64,000 bases of DNA from Rhina ancylostomus (Eukaryota). Both the position numbers and the translations under genes were made by a program. The stretch spans positions 7,941,380 through 8,005,379 of the forward strand of contig JARFYF010000058.1 in the NCBI GenBank assembly GCA_030265395.1, read 5' to 3'. This document shows positions 53,850-64,000 of the stretch, piece after piece. Each line of letters begins with the position of its first letter. The first letter of the stretch is position 1. The notes under the pieces are model-generated. The model was not told where the DNA came from, made no database searches, and saw nothing but the letters and a program-made list of their open reading frames with translations.

Positions 53850-54680
53850 TTGCCCACAAAACATTTTTACGAGTCCAGAAAAGAAAATACAGCAAACCAA
53901 TGCCATGGACAAGCCTGGGTCCAATGTCTAATTATGTTTATTGGCTGGGCTAACTAAAAGTACTTTTACATCTGCTCAATGGCTTAGTTGGTAGAGAAAA
54001 TAGAAAAGCTGAGTTTTTTTTAAAAAGATGGCGAGACATTGAAAGTCATTGGTGTTCTGAGAGACCTGGGTGTCCTTGTACACAAATTATTGGAAGTTAA
54101 TATGCAGATTCAGCAATCAGGTAGGAAGACAACAGGCATGTTGGTCTTCAGTGCAAAAGGAGTTAAATAAAAGAGTAGGGATGTCTTACTTCAATTAAAT
54201 TATGCCCTGGTGAAACTACCTCTGGAATATTATGAATGGAGCTTACAGAAGGTTCATCCATTTGATTTCTGGCATGTTGATGAATGAGGAAAGATTAAGC
54301 AGACTAAGCCTGTACTTTAGAATTTAGGAGAATAAGATCACATGGAAATATAAAATTTTTAATGGGCTTGACAAGGTAGATGTGAGTTAATGCTTCCCCT
54401 GGCTAGGGCGTATAGAACCAGGGGCCAAAGTACCAAAATAAGGGGTCAGCTATTCAAGCAGAGGTGAGATAGGCAGTCAATTTTCAGAATATATTACCCA
54501 AAAGGCAATTGCTAAGTATATTCATTACAGATACAAATAGACTTTTANNNNNNNNNNATATTAAAGGAAGAAAGGGACCTGGGATTAGTACAGGAAAGTG
54601 GTGCTGTGGTAAAAGATCTTAATAAATGGCAGAGTAAGCACGATGGGCTAAATGGTCTGCTCCTAGTATTTCCTGAATTC
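53850..54680 (+). mobile_element. CR1 3' fragment with tail
   Basis: RDLGVLVH, YALVKLPLEY; tail GATGGGCTAAATGGTCTGCTCC. Confidence 0.75.
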
Positions 54681-55629
54681 TTACAAAATGGCTCTACTCA
54701 GTTCTGATATTTGGAAACAGAAATTGAAGTTAGAATTCAATTTCCAAAATCCTGGCTGAAATCAGCTGGTCCAACACTAGCCAGAAGACTAACCTGACAA
54801 TTCACCTGTTTCTATTCCATAACACAGCTTCAAAAATTAAGGACCTGCTTCCCCAAGACAGCACAGGGTACCTCCATCAATTGGTTTTTTGCACTGGGAT
54901 TCAATATCTTTGAATTAAAAGAATTGTATCTTAAGTAGGCTGAAGTTCTTGAGCAGACAGTTTGTAATCAGCAATAGTGGCCTTAGTATTAAAATATCCC
55001 ATATCCAATGTAACTATATTCAATGATATCAAGGGAACTATGGAGTAGTCAGGCTGGATCCTTGTGGTTAAACAGCAATTGCCTGACTGCCAGCTGGCTA
55101 AAGCTGAGTACACTAACCATGATGACTGTTTTTTTAAGCACATTAAATATATTTTATCTAGCTAGGCATCCCCAAATGCAGTCAGACTCAACCCCATACC
55201 CTGACACTTGTATTCAATTCAACGTAACCAAACTTTCACTGAGAATTGGACTTTCATGGTAATACAGGATAAGCAGAGCATCTGTATCCAGGTCCACTGC
55301 TTTCTTAGACAGAAACTTCCTAATCGAGGTTCACTTCTTCATTTTCACTGGGAACAGTAATTGCTGCAATATGCACAAATATTCCAGGATTGAAAAATCC
55401 ATAGTCTTAGTTGGGATACAAAATTGTCACTTTTCAAAGTACAATCATAAAAATTCACCATGAGAAAACAGAAAGAGACTTCACTAAATTTTCCATTTTT
55501 AAAACTGTTTTTATTTAAAATCATATCGAGAGGTAAACATTGATCAAAAAGAAACAGAATATTTCACTATCCGAAAGAGTGAACCAATGCAGACTAACAA
55601 CCTCCAAATGCATTTCTTAGCCTGCAACA

Positions 55630-56600
55630 GCCAGTCACTGACAGGTGTTATAATTTCACTAAGCACCCCAGGCTGGAGAAGGGGTGGGGTAGAAAACCAA
55701 TTACAGATTAAACTCATGTTGGAAACCATTCATGAATTCCAAGGAATAAGACTGATTTTAGCTGATGTGCTTTCCATGGTAAACTATCTTGCTAATATTC
55801 ACTGACAAGGTTCATTGAAGAATGGCCATTTGGGCAATGCATCAAAGGGCTGTTGTTACCTATACCTCAGCAGTATGTTGGCATCTTCAGTCAAGAAAAC
55901 AGCAATTAACATGATAAATCTTGGTACATCTTACAGGCTTCTCAAATACTATTTACAACATTAGGAATATATTACCCTGCTACCTTCGTATACATCTACT
56001 AATACTGCCAATTCAAGTCTGTTTTTATACAGGATGCTTATTAGCTTGAAATCCCAAGTAATTGTAAAGTGGGTGGATTGGTGCTGCAGTGCCAAATTCA
56101 CCACAGAGGACTGTCAAAGTGGAGTGAATCAACAATGCATTCCAAGGTTGCTCTCGGCATTAAAACTGTTCTACCTAACACATTGTAAACACTGGATTGA
56201 ATCGATACTGCACTGACAGGGCAGGGCTTAGAAAGGGATATTGTGCAACTCTGCTTCTCCTGCCCTTTGCTCTCCTGGATACAATGTGACAAGTGATATC
56301 ATGTTCAGTTCTTTCTGCTTCAAGTTGCTAGATATTACTTCATTTGCTTCAGGACTCAATCAGTATTTTAAATGGTACCTCTGATTTAGTCATTGTTTAC
56401 TGCATCTGATCATGAGTTAAGATTCTCCCCCATTTTCCTGAAAGCTCTAATTCATTACCCAAAGATATCATTTGTTCTCTTGGTGCTTTACATGAGTGGC
56501 TATATCTCACGTGGGAGTCAAGACATGTATATTCTCCACAGAGAGCACTTAAGTGATATCAGGAGTAGGAATTTTGGCTGAATTTTCTGTTGCTAACCCA
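55630..56600 (+). pseudogene. Decayed class-A (rhodopsin-family, peptide-receptor-like) GPCR pseudogene, antisense in WIPF2 intron 1
   Basis: Collinear motifs across frameshifts: TM2 LILADVL (55752), ECL1 FIEEWPFG (WPFG 55823-55834), TM3 KGCCYLYLSSMLASSVKKTAIN, TM5-like RKGYCATLLLLPFAL (about 56230-56275), TM6-like QSVF*MVPLI*SLFTAS..SPIFL, helix-8-like SRNFG*IF (about 56565-56590). Confidence 0.55.
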
Positions 56601-59386
56601 AGTACATGTAGCTTCTCAAATCAAGTGTATGTTAAGCACAGCCTAACAATCCAACCTGGTCTCTTGGTCTGTTTCACTTTATCCAGCTAGCATAACGAGA
56701 AAATCAGTCATCTGTCCTTAGCTCTGTGGTTCAGCTATAAAGGAGCTGTGGCAGAAAGTCAAAATTATAGCTGAGAGCAAGGATTGCAATCAGTCACTTT
56801 CATTTTTTTTAAACCCAAATTCCAGACAAGAATCTGGATTAAGCTGTTGATAAGCCTGGTGTGCATACAAGTCAAGATCAAGAAAGCTGACATCCAGAAA
56901 AAATGGACAAGTCACACTCAAGGCAGACAAATAAAATATTTGAGATACCAGAGTGACTCTAGAGAAATTCTCAGGCTTGGCAATAACAACTACTGCTTGA
57001 ACACTGGTTATGAGAAATATCCAGGATTCAGGGCCCATAGGACAAAGGCAAAGAGCTGCTTGCGAAGATCTCTGTCTCCAATTGGTTGAGATTGTGGGAA
57101 GAATGATAACAACAATTTGCTCCCATTTATGGTGAGCTTAGGGTTACTTCTGATATTGGTTGTCTGCCTGCAAATGCTCAAACCTACACATTGCATTTGT
57201 CTAATTACTGTCTAGTTTTTACCCATCTGTGAGCAAGAGCAGGAGGCACAAGAAACAGGATCTCTTTGAGCCAAAAAAAGATAAAGTTTGATGTAAGGTT
57301 GGAACTGAGTCAATTCTCACTGGCAGACACAAGTTGAACACCTGATTCAAGCTGCTCTGCAGTACTCCAAGATGCTAATGATATTTGAGCAATAAAACTA
57401 TCTCAATAATGGAACATGGAAGGATGGACATACAAATACAGACCGAGAATCCACCCTTTCAGTTCCAGATAAACTTGCAACTCATTGCTCTCACAAACTA
57501 GTTATTCTATTGGATAAGCAAAAGAAGTAGACTGTATTACCAAATTGCAGACTTAGCCAAATAAAACTATCACTGCACACTCCTGAGGTCAATAACTAGG
57601 ATCATTCCAATCTATAAAAAAACTGTCTAGGTCTGCGTAAGTGCAATTTGCCCCAGTAGAAAAAGAATCTGCATCCTATATTGGCTAAATAGAAATGCTA
57701 CCTGGATATTTTTTTTTGTTTTTCTTCCCAAAAGTCTTTGGGTCTAGGCCACTCATTTTCACATTCAGTCAATATTACAAACAGATTTCATCTATTTGCT
57801 CTATCTCACTACTCTATAGCAAATTTGTCTTGTTTTTAGTTATTAATCCAAATGCATAGCAATTAAAACTTTCAATCAGAGTACATGTAATTAATGTAAT
57901 GTACTTCAATTTATTAACCAATTGGTCACCTGGATTATTAAACTGGGAATTCTGCATTATATCTCAGTTTAGTGTTGTAGATGAGATTTCTTTTTAAAGC
58001 AATAGCTAGCTTGACTGCTATATTGTATAATTCCAGAAATACTTTGGAGTTCAAGTATATAAATTGCATAAATGCTGTATGTAAGAGTTCCACACAAAAC
58101 AAAAAGTACAGGTAACACAATTCTTTCCCCAAACTTAGCATATAGTTTTACCAGTACTATTTCCAGGATTGTTTAATGTTTCTTCCAATGATTCTGTAAG
58201 TGGATACATCGCCACTCTTCATTTTTTATGAAATCATCTGTTTTAGACTACATCTCACTGACTTGCTGAGTGTTTCCAAAACGTTGATTTTATTTTAGAT
58301 TTCCAGCATCTGTAGTTTTTGTTAACTTTCATCTCACTTTGCTAATGTATTAGGCCCTAACCAACCAAAATTAGCAGAATCTTCTGAAGTTAGCATCATG
58401 TTTTTAAATATTCAAAAAAGTAGAGGAGAGGAAAGCAGATCTTTATTCACACCAGAACTCAAAAAAACAGACCATGAAAGGTATAAATAGTTTGAGTATC
58501 ACACAGATTTCTAAGAAGTCTACACCATCTATAAAAATACAAATCTAATAGAACTGCAAAGCTAATGCTTGTAGATAAGCAGAGTATTTTCAATGTCAAA
58601 AGTTATTATTAAGCACATTAAAACTTTTTTTTCTTTCAACAAAATGCAGCTCCAAACTCTAACAAAACCCCCACAATGTGGGCATCTATCAAAGTGCTCA
58701 GGGAAACATAAACATCTCAAACCAATTAAAAACAAGAAAGTAAATCAGTCCAAATAAAAAGGCATTCAGAGGATGCTCTGACGGGTTTGAGATGCTAGGA
58801 CATCTCCCCCTCTTCCCCAAACCCTTTAAACTAGATTACTTTTATAACCACCATCATTCACAAGCTAATCTATAGAGATCAGAAACAAGAAAACAANNNN
58901 NNNNNNNNNNNNNNNNNNNNNNNNNNNNNNNNNNNNNNNNNNNNNNNNNNNNNNNNNNNNNNNNNNNNNNNNNNNNNNNNNNNNNNNNNNNNNNNNAAAA
59001 CACATTAAAATAAAAACAGGGCAATTCTTCCTGCTTCTCAGCAAGTGGACGAGGCAATTGCCCGCAGATTTGGGCTCATGCCTCATCTACCTGCATCCAC
59101 AGGTAATCCCCTGCCTCGCACAGTTGTGGGTCCTCCACCCCGAAGCCTGACTTGTGTCAGAGGCCCGAGGGCGCGGCGTCTGCCCTCTTTGGAGCCGGGG
59201 CCTGAACTGCCATGTGCCCACAGCCGCCTCCTCCTCCCCGTCCAATCCACCTGGGATCCACTGTTTATGTTGCCCTCCCGGCAGTGTCAGCGGCCCCGGT
59301 CCTTGGACTGGCCTCCTCCCAACGGTACCAGGGCCTAGGCCCTGCCCTCAGGGGGCTGGGTTTCGAGCCCTCTCCCGGCTCCTTAC

Positions 59387-59610
59387 CTTGCTCCCCCGGT
59401 CACATACTCCAGCTCGGGGAGGGGGGGGGGGTCACGGTTAATATCGCGGGCCGGACGGCAGAGAAGGCTGCAGGTCGGCCCTCGCCAGCCTCTCCCTCCC
59501 TAACACCTCGCTTCCCGCGGCCGCNNNNNNNNNNTCCCTCCCTCCTCCTCCTCCTCCTCCTCCTCCTCCTCCACACACGCACACGGGCATCCAACAAAAT
59601 GGAGGCCGCA
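59387..59610 (-). other. WIPF2: Probable non-coding exon 1 of WIPF2 (start approximate)
   Basis: Lies in the only CpG island of the window; strong donor AAG|GTAAGG at 59387; GGA-repeat leader; implies an intron 1 of about 27 kb to the acceptor at 32434. Confidence 0.75.
59535..59572. repeat. (CCT)n / (GGA)n trinucleotide repeat in the WIPF2 leader
   Basis: About ten CCT units next to a 10-N gap. Confidence 0.9.
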
Positions 59611-59834
59611 GCGCGGGCGAGCGAACGCACAGCGCGCTCCCGCCCTGCTCGTGCACGGGAGCCGGCCGGCCGGCCGGGAGCGCGGAGCTACACCGCACCC
59701 TAGTGCCCGGAGGAATAAGCTGCCGCTCCTCAACAGCAGCAGCAACAACAACTTCGCCTATCCCTGAGGGTCAGAATCAGGTTGATTGTGAAAATGCAAA
59801 TCTCATAGAACTGCAAAACTGCAAAAAATTTAAA

Positions 59835-59998
59835 TTAAATTTTATTTACAGCGTGGTAACAGGGCCTTCCGGCCCAATGAGTCCGCGCCGCCCATTTTAA
59901 ACCCCAAATTAATCTACCCCTACGTCTTTAGAATGTGGGAGGAAACCGGAGCACCCGGAGGAAACCCACGCAGACATGGGCGAACATACAAACTCCTT
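59835..59998 (-). mobile_element. Young V-SINE fragment
   Basis: GGGAGGAAACCGGAGCACCCGGAGGAAACCCACGCAGAC is the reverse V-domain; tail TTTATTTACAGCGTGGTAACAGGGCCTTCCGGCCC. Confidence 0.85.
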
Positions 59999-60602
59999 NN
60001 NNNNNNNNNNNNNNNNNNNNNNNNNNNNNNNNNNNNNNNNNNNNNNNNNNNNNNNNNNNNNNNNNNNNNNNNNNNNNNNNNNNNNNNNNNNNNNNNNNNN
60101 NNNNNNNNNNNNNNNNNNNNNNNNNNNNNNNNNNNNNNNNNNNNNNNNNNNNNNNNNNNNNNNNNNNNNNNNNNNNNNNNNNNNNNNNNNNNNNNNNNNN
60201 NNNNNNNNNNNNNNNNNNNNNNNNNNNNNNNNNNNNNNNNNNNNNNNNNNNNNNNNNNNNNNNNNNNNNNNNNNNNNNNNNNNNNNNNNNNNNNNNNNNN
60301 NNNNNNNNNNNNNNNNNNNNNNNNNNNNNNNNNNNNNNNNNNNNNNNNNNNNNNNNNNNNNNNNNNNNNNNNNNNNNNNNNNNNNNNNNNNNNNNNNNNN
60401 NNNNNNNNNNNNNNNNNNNNNNNNNNNNNNNNNNNNNNNNNNNNNNNNNNNNNNNNNNNNNNNNNNNNNNNNNNNNNNNNNNNNNNNNNNNNNNNNNNNN
60501 NNNNNNNNNNNNNNNNNNNNNNNNNNNNNNNNNNNNNNNNNNNNNNNNNNNNNNNNNNNNNNNNNNNNNNNNNNNNNNNNNNNNNNNNNNNNNNNNNNNN
60601 NN

Positions 60603-60885
60603 AGATCCTCTGAGATGTTGACACCCAGGAATTTGAAGCTGCTCATCCTTTCCGCCACTGACCTCTCAATGAATACTGGTGTGTGTTCTCCCGACCGCCC
60701 CTGCCTGAAGTCCAGAATCAATTCTTTGGTCTTGCTGATGTTGAGTGTGAGGTTGTTGTTGTAACACCACTCAACCAGCTGATTTACCTCACTCCTTTAT
60801 GCCCCCTCATCACCATCTGAAATTCTGCCAGCAACAGTGGTGTCATCGGCGAATTTATAGATGGCATTTGAGCTGTGCCTACTTA
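60603..60885 (-). mobile_element. Rex-type LINE RT fragment
   Basis: IYKFADDTTVAGRISDGDE, NNLTLNISKTKELILDFR, SFKFLGVNISED; same family as 906-1480. Confidence 0.88.
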
Positions 60886-60924
60886 TGATGTTTTTTGATG
60901 TTTCACCTATTGTCGATGCTCACG

Positions 60925-61595
60925 TTGTCAAGTCAAGTTTATTGTCATATGCATAAGTACAGCGAGGTAGAGGTACAATGAAAAACTTGGAGACACAAGA
61001 GACTGCAGATGCTGGAATCTGGAGCAACAAACAATCTGCTGGAGGAACAGCAGGTCGAGCAGCATCAGTGGGAGGAAAGAAATTGTTGACATTTTTAATC
61101 GAAACCCTCAGAAGCATGTAGGTACAGACAATACACAGAACATATACTATACATAAAATTAGACTGTCGAGTGAAAAAAAGACTGTGCAAAAGCAAAGAT
61201 ACAATCAAAGACATGTCCATGGTAGACTTCACCTATCCTCGGTGTTTCACTAGCAACTTCCTTTCTTATGAGATTTCAGTCTGCAGCCCTTTGTTGCATC
61301 CACTATCAGCTCCCAGCCTCTGTCAATATCTCCATCCTTTTCTTCCTCCCCTGGCTCCATCTGCCCATCAGCTCCTGCTCACCTGGTTCCATCTGCCCAT
61401 CAACCGCTCCTCACCTGGATCCATCTATCACTTGCCAGCTCCTGCCTCACCCACCCCCTTCACCCCTTTATACTGGTTTTCTCCCTGTTACACACTCAGT
61501 CCCAATGCAGGTTCTTGCCCTGAAACATCAACCATATTTTGCCTCCCCAGACGCTGCTTGACCTGCTGAGTTCCTCCAACAGTTTGCTTTATTTA
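60925..61595. mobile_element. Repeat cluster: LINE tail (-) interrupted by a Penelope-like terminus (60990-61110, -), then a Penelope-like 3' end (61230-61595, +)
   Basis: CAAGTCAAGTTTATTGTCAT tail; GACACAAGAGACTGCAGATGCTGG terminus; AGG/ttcttgc/CCT-GAAAC-ATC remnant at about 61508-61530 followed by GACGCTGCTTGACCTGCTGAGTTCCTCC. Confidence 0.7.
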
Positions 61596-61729
61596 ACTCA
61601 GGAATCTGTTTCCATTTGCAGCCCCTTTAGTTACTTTAAAGTCACTTAATTGGCTGCAAAACACTGAAGTTGTGAAAGGACCCACTAAAAATTCCTTTTT
61701 CTTTCTTTATACAGCAATTAAATATTTAC

Positions 61730-62011
61730 CTTTACAATTTGTACATAAATGCCCTTTTGTATAATTCTTGTGGCATTGCAGTTGCTTTCACCAAAGGGGG
61801 AAGTAGCCATTAGGTAGGTTTTTGATGTCTCAGGGACCAAGAGAAAAGCACGTAAATACTTGGACATGCTGTCAGAGAGCCTGAAGTAAGAGATTCGGAG
61901 AAGGAACTTCCTGGGCGTAAATGGGGAACGAGAATCCCACCTCAGCCTCCTGTTCCCCTTGTCCCATGATCTCTGCTGTCGCAGAACTGCTTTGCTTTCT
62001 GTACACCCCAT
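61730..62011 (-). CDS. Putative orphan coding exon, MGCTESK-initiated, globin-like spacing (tentative)
   Basis: Branch-point-like GCTAAT, then TCTGCAG| acceptor at 62018, ATG at 62011 with A at -3 and G at +4, 94 stop-free codons, phase-0 donor AAG|GTAAAT. No partner exon identified. Confidence 0.4.
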
Positions 62012-62209
62012 ATTCTTCCTGCAGACCAAAATACCAATTAGCAAGCACCCTCCCTCTCCTCCTTGCTTGGATAAGGTGGCTAATAGAGTAGCACAGCGCA
62101 CTATGAGATATAATAGCACTGTTGGTACACCAACAAATGGTTGAGAGCACTATCTGCATCAAAGGCTGTGGCACCAGACAACATCCCAGTTGTACTAATG
62201 AGAGTGAAT

Positions 62210-62510
62210 TAAAATAAAACTGCAGGTGCTGGAAATCTAAACGGAAAACAGAAATGCTGAAAATACTCAGCAGGTCAGGCAGCATCTATGGAAGAAAAAC
62301 AGAGTCAATGACTCAGGTCAGAAACCCTTCGTCAGAACTGGAAAGGAGACAAAAGTAGCTTGCGAGGCTGCAGGGAAAGTGTGGGGAAGGGGGTGTGACT
62401 GATCAGGTAAAACTGGGGTAACAAGGTCATCTGATCAATGACTGAATGGGAGCAGTTAGAGGATGACAAAAGAACTGGTCAAAATATGTGAAATCCAGAA
62501 CAGGAGGACA
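62210..62510 (-). mobile_element. Penelope-like 3' end with a hammerhead remnant retaining CTGACGA
   Basis: Minus strand CAGTT-CTGACGA-AGG/gtttctga/CCT-GAGTC-ATT-GACT, then CATAGATGCTGCCTGACCTGCTGAGT. Confidence 0.75.
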
Positions 62511-62512
62511 AG

Positions 62513-62638
62513 TGTTGTGAGACAGATTCGAAAGACTCGAAAGTAAAGGAGTCTGGCAAGGAAGGATTTTATTGACAAAGACAAACACGGGAAAAGATAA
62601 GAGGGGCAATACACACACATACGCGCGCGGATGCACGC

Positions 62639-62673
<35 letters not shown>

Positions 62674-63214
62674 TGCACACACATACACACACACACAAAC
62701 ACAAAACAAACTGGGTACAAACGAATCAAGGAAGAAACAATACGATGCCTGCCAACCCTCGAACTCAGTGCAAGCACGGCTCTATGCTAGAGGGATATTC
62801 TAACAAATTTCTCTTAAGCAGTGCACAGCTTACCTCAGCATCCCTCAGAGACAACAAAGAGGCAGAACCTAGCATGTGGCACACTTAATACTGCTGGCGG
62901 GCTGGGTGGTCCAGCCCGGTAGTTCAAAAGGGCCAATAGTCAAGTGTGCCAGGTACGAAGGTGTTTAAAGTGACCAATCATCAGGTGTGCCCTGTGGGGC
63001 ATGGATGGAGCCAAACCTTGATTGACAGTGGTGTGTCTTCGGACCAGATGGGGTCGGTGTTGTCCCGTGACAGCCACGACCCTCCACAATACAACAAGTC
63101 CAGCAGATCAGCCTGGGCATGACCTCGTCTCTCAGAGAGAAAAAAATGGAAGGAATAAAAAAGAAAATATACCAAGCTAGGCTGAGCTAATATTACAGAT
63201 GGTTGACTGTTACA
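62513..63214 (-). mobile_element. Probable solo LTR nested in a Penelope-like element
   Basis: Minus strand starts TGTAACA and ends CACAACA, with AATAAA about 60 nt before the end; CpGs retained; separates two collinear Penelope pieces. No clear target-site duplication. Confidence 0.5.
62610..62700. repeat. Imperfect (CA)n microsatellite
   Basis: Direct reading. Confidence 0.95.
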
Positions 63215-63224
63215 TAACGAGAAA

Positions 63225-63745
63225 TCAAGCTGTAGAATTCAGTCCAGAAGGCTGCAATGTGCCTAGACAGAAGATGAGATGTTGTTCCTCAAGCATGCAT
63301 TGGGGCTCACTGTGACATTACAGGAGGCCACAGACAGGTCAGAGTGAAAGTAAGATGAGGAAGTAAATTGGCAGGCAACAGGAAGCTCAGGGTTGCCCTG
63401 GGGACTGAACACAGGTGTTCTGGAAAGTGATCAACCAGTCTGCATTTGGATTCTTCTGTGTAGAGGAGACCACATTTTGAAAACCAAATGCAGTGTGCTA
63501 GATTGGAAGAAGTTCAAGCAAATCACTGCTTCACCTGGGAAGACTGTTTAGGTCCCTGGATGGTGAGAAGGGAAGAGGTGAAAGGACAAGGGTTGCATCA
63601 CCTGAAGTTGCAAGGGAAAGTGCCCAAAGCAAGGGGGTGGTTGTTGGGAATGGAAGGGTGGACCAGGGAGTCACAAAGGGAACGGTCCCTGCGAATNNNN
63701 NNNNNNNNNNNNNNNNNNAAGGTGGGCCTGGTGGTGAAATCTCTT
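63225..63745 (-). mobile_element. Penelope-like GIY-YIG endonuclease region with Cys-rich linker (Neptune-like)
   Basis: RDRSLCDSLVH...GTFPCNFR*CNPCPF...TSSNLAHCIWFSKCGLLYTEESKCRLVDHFPEHL...LEEQHLIFCLGTLQPSGLN. Confidence 0.88.
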
Positions 63746-64000
63746 TGACGGTGGCAGAGTATCACCTATTGAATGCTGTATTAATGAGGACCTCCTCCAA
63801 AACTAGCTGTGCCTCTGGGCAAGCTGTTCCAATGCAGTTACAATAGTGGAATCGACCCGACAATGTGGAAAATTACCCAGGTGTGTCCTCAGGGCAAATC
63901 CAATGCAGCTAATTTCCATCAAATCATCAGGAAAGTGAAGGAAACCTGTTGTTGATGGCAATATGAAGTGGTGCTTACCTGCCAATTACCTGCTCAATGA

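Larger units (their letters stand above)
59150..59730. promoter_or_regulatory. CpG-island promoter of WIPF2 with a YY1-like motif
   Basis: Abrupt GC- and CpG-rich block in a CpG-depleted background; CAAAATGGAGGC at 59595-59606 resembles the YY1 consensus often found near start sites; GCGCG runs nearby. Confidence 0.8.

Noticed and set aside
59045-59900. Several 65-163 aa ORFs in the CpG island
   Set aside because: Low-complexity products expected from high GC and the CCT repeat; no recognisable domain.
62427-62888. VCVC/HTHT-rich ORFs
   Set aside because: Translations of the (CA)n microsatellite.
1-64000. CRISPR arrays, prokaryotic operons, tRNA/rRNA genes, and the tetrapod neighbours CDC6 and RAPGEFL1
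   Set aside because: No repeat-spacer array; spliced eukaryotic gene structure; tRNA-like boxes all belong to SINE heads; no exon of either neighbour recognised.

Overview
AT-rich, repeat-laden vertebrate genomic DNA with many N gaps. The repeats (V-SINE/HE1-type and Deu-type SINEs, CR1 and Rex-type LINEs, Penelope-like elements) point to a cartilaginous fish. The window holds one complete protein-coding gene, WIPF2 (WIRE), on the minus strand: a CpG-island promoter and non-coding exon 1 near 59.4-59.6 kb, seven coding exons from 32367 to 11311 (1338 nt, 445 aa, all GT-AG with consistent phases) and a multi-kb 3' UTR. Reading across stops and frameshifts shows three relics the ORF track misses: a decayed, apparently intron-poor MROH (Maestro HEAT-repeat) pseudogene at about 1-2700 split by a LINE; a decayed class-A peptide-type GPCR antisense inside WIPF2 intron 1 (about 55.6-56.6 kb); and a stop-free, splice-flanked putative exon upstream of the promoter (61730-62018) that starts MGCTESK and has globin A-E helix spacing, reminiscent of N-acylated globin X/globin X-like proteins. 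Penelope-like RT and GIY-YIG fragments occur with several decayed minimal hammerhead ribozyme motifs. All homology calls are by eye against remembered sequences; no searches were run.
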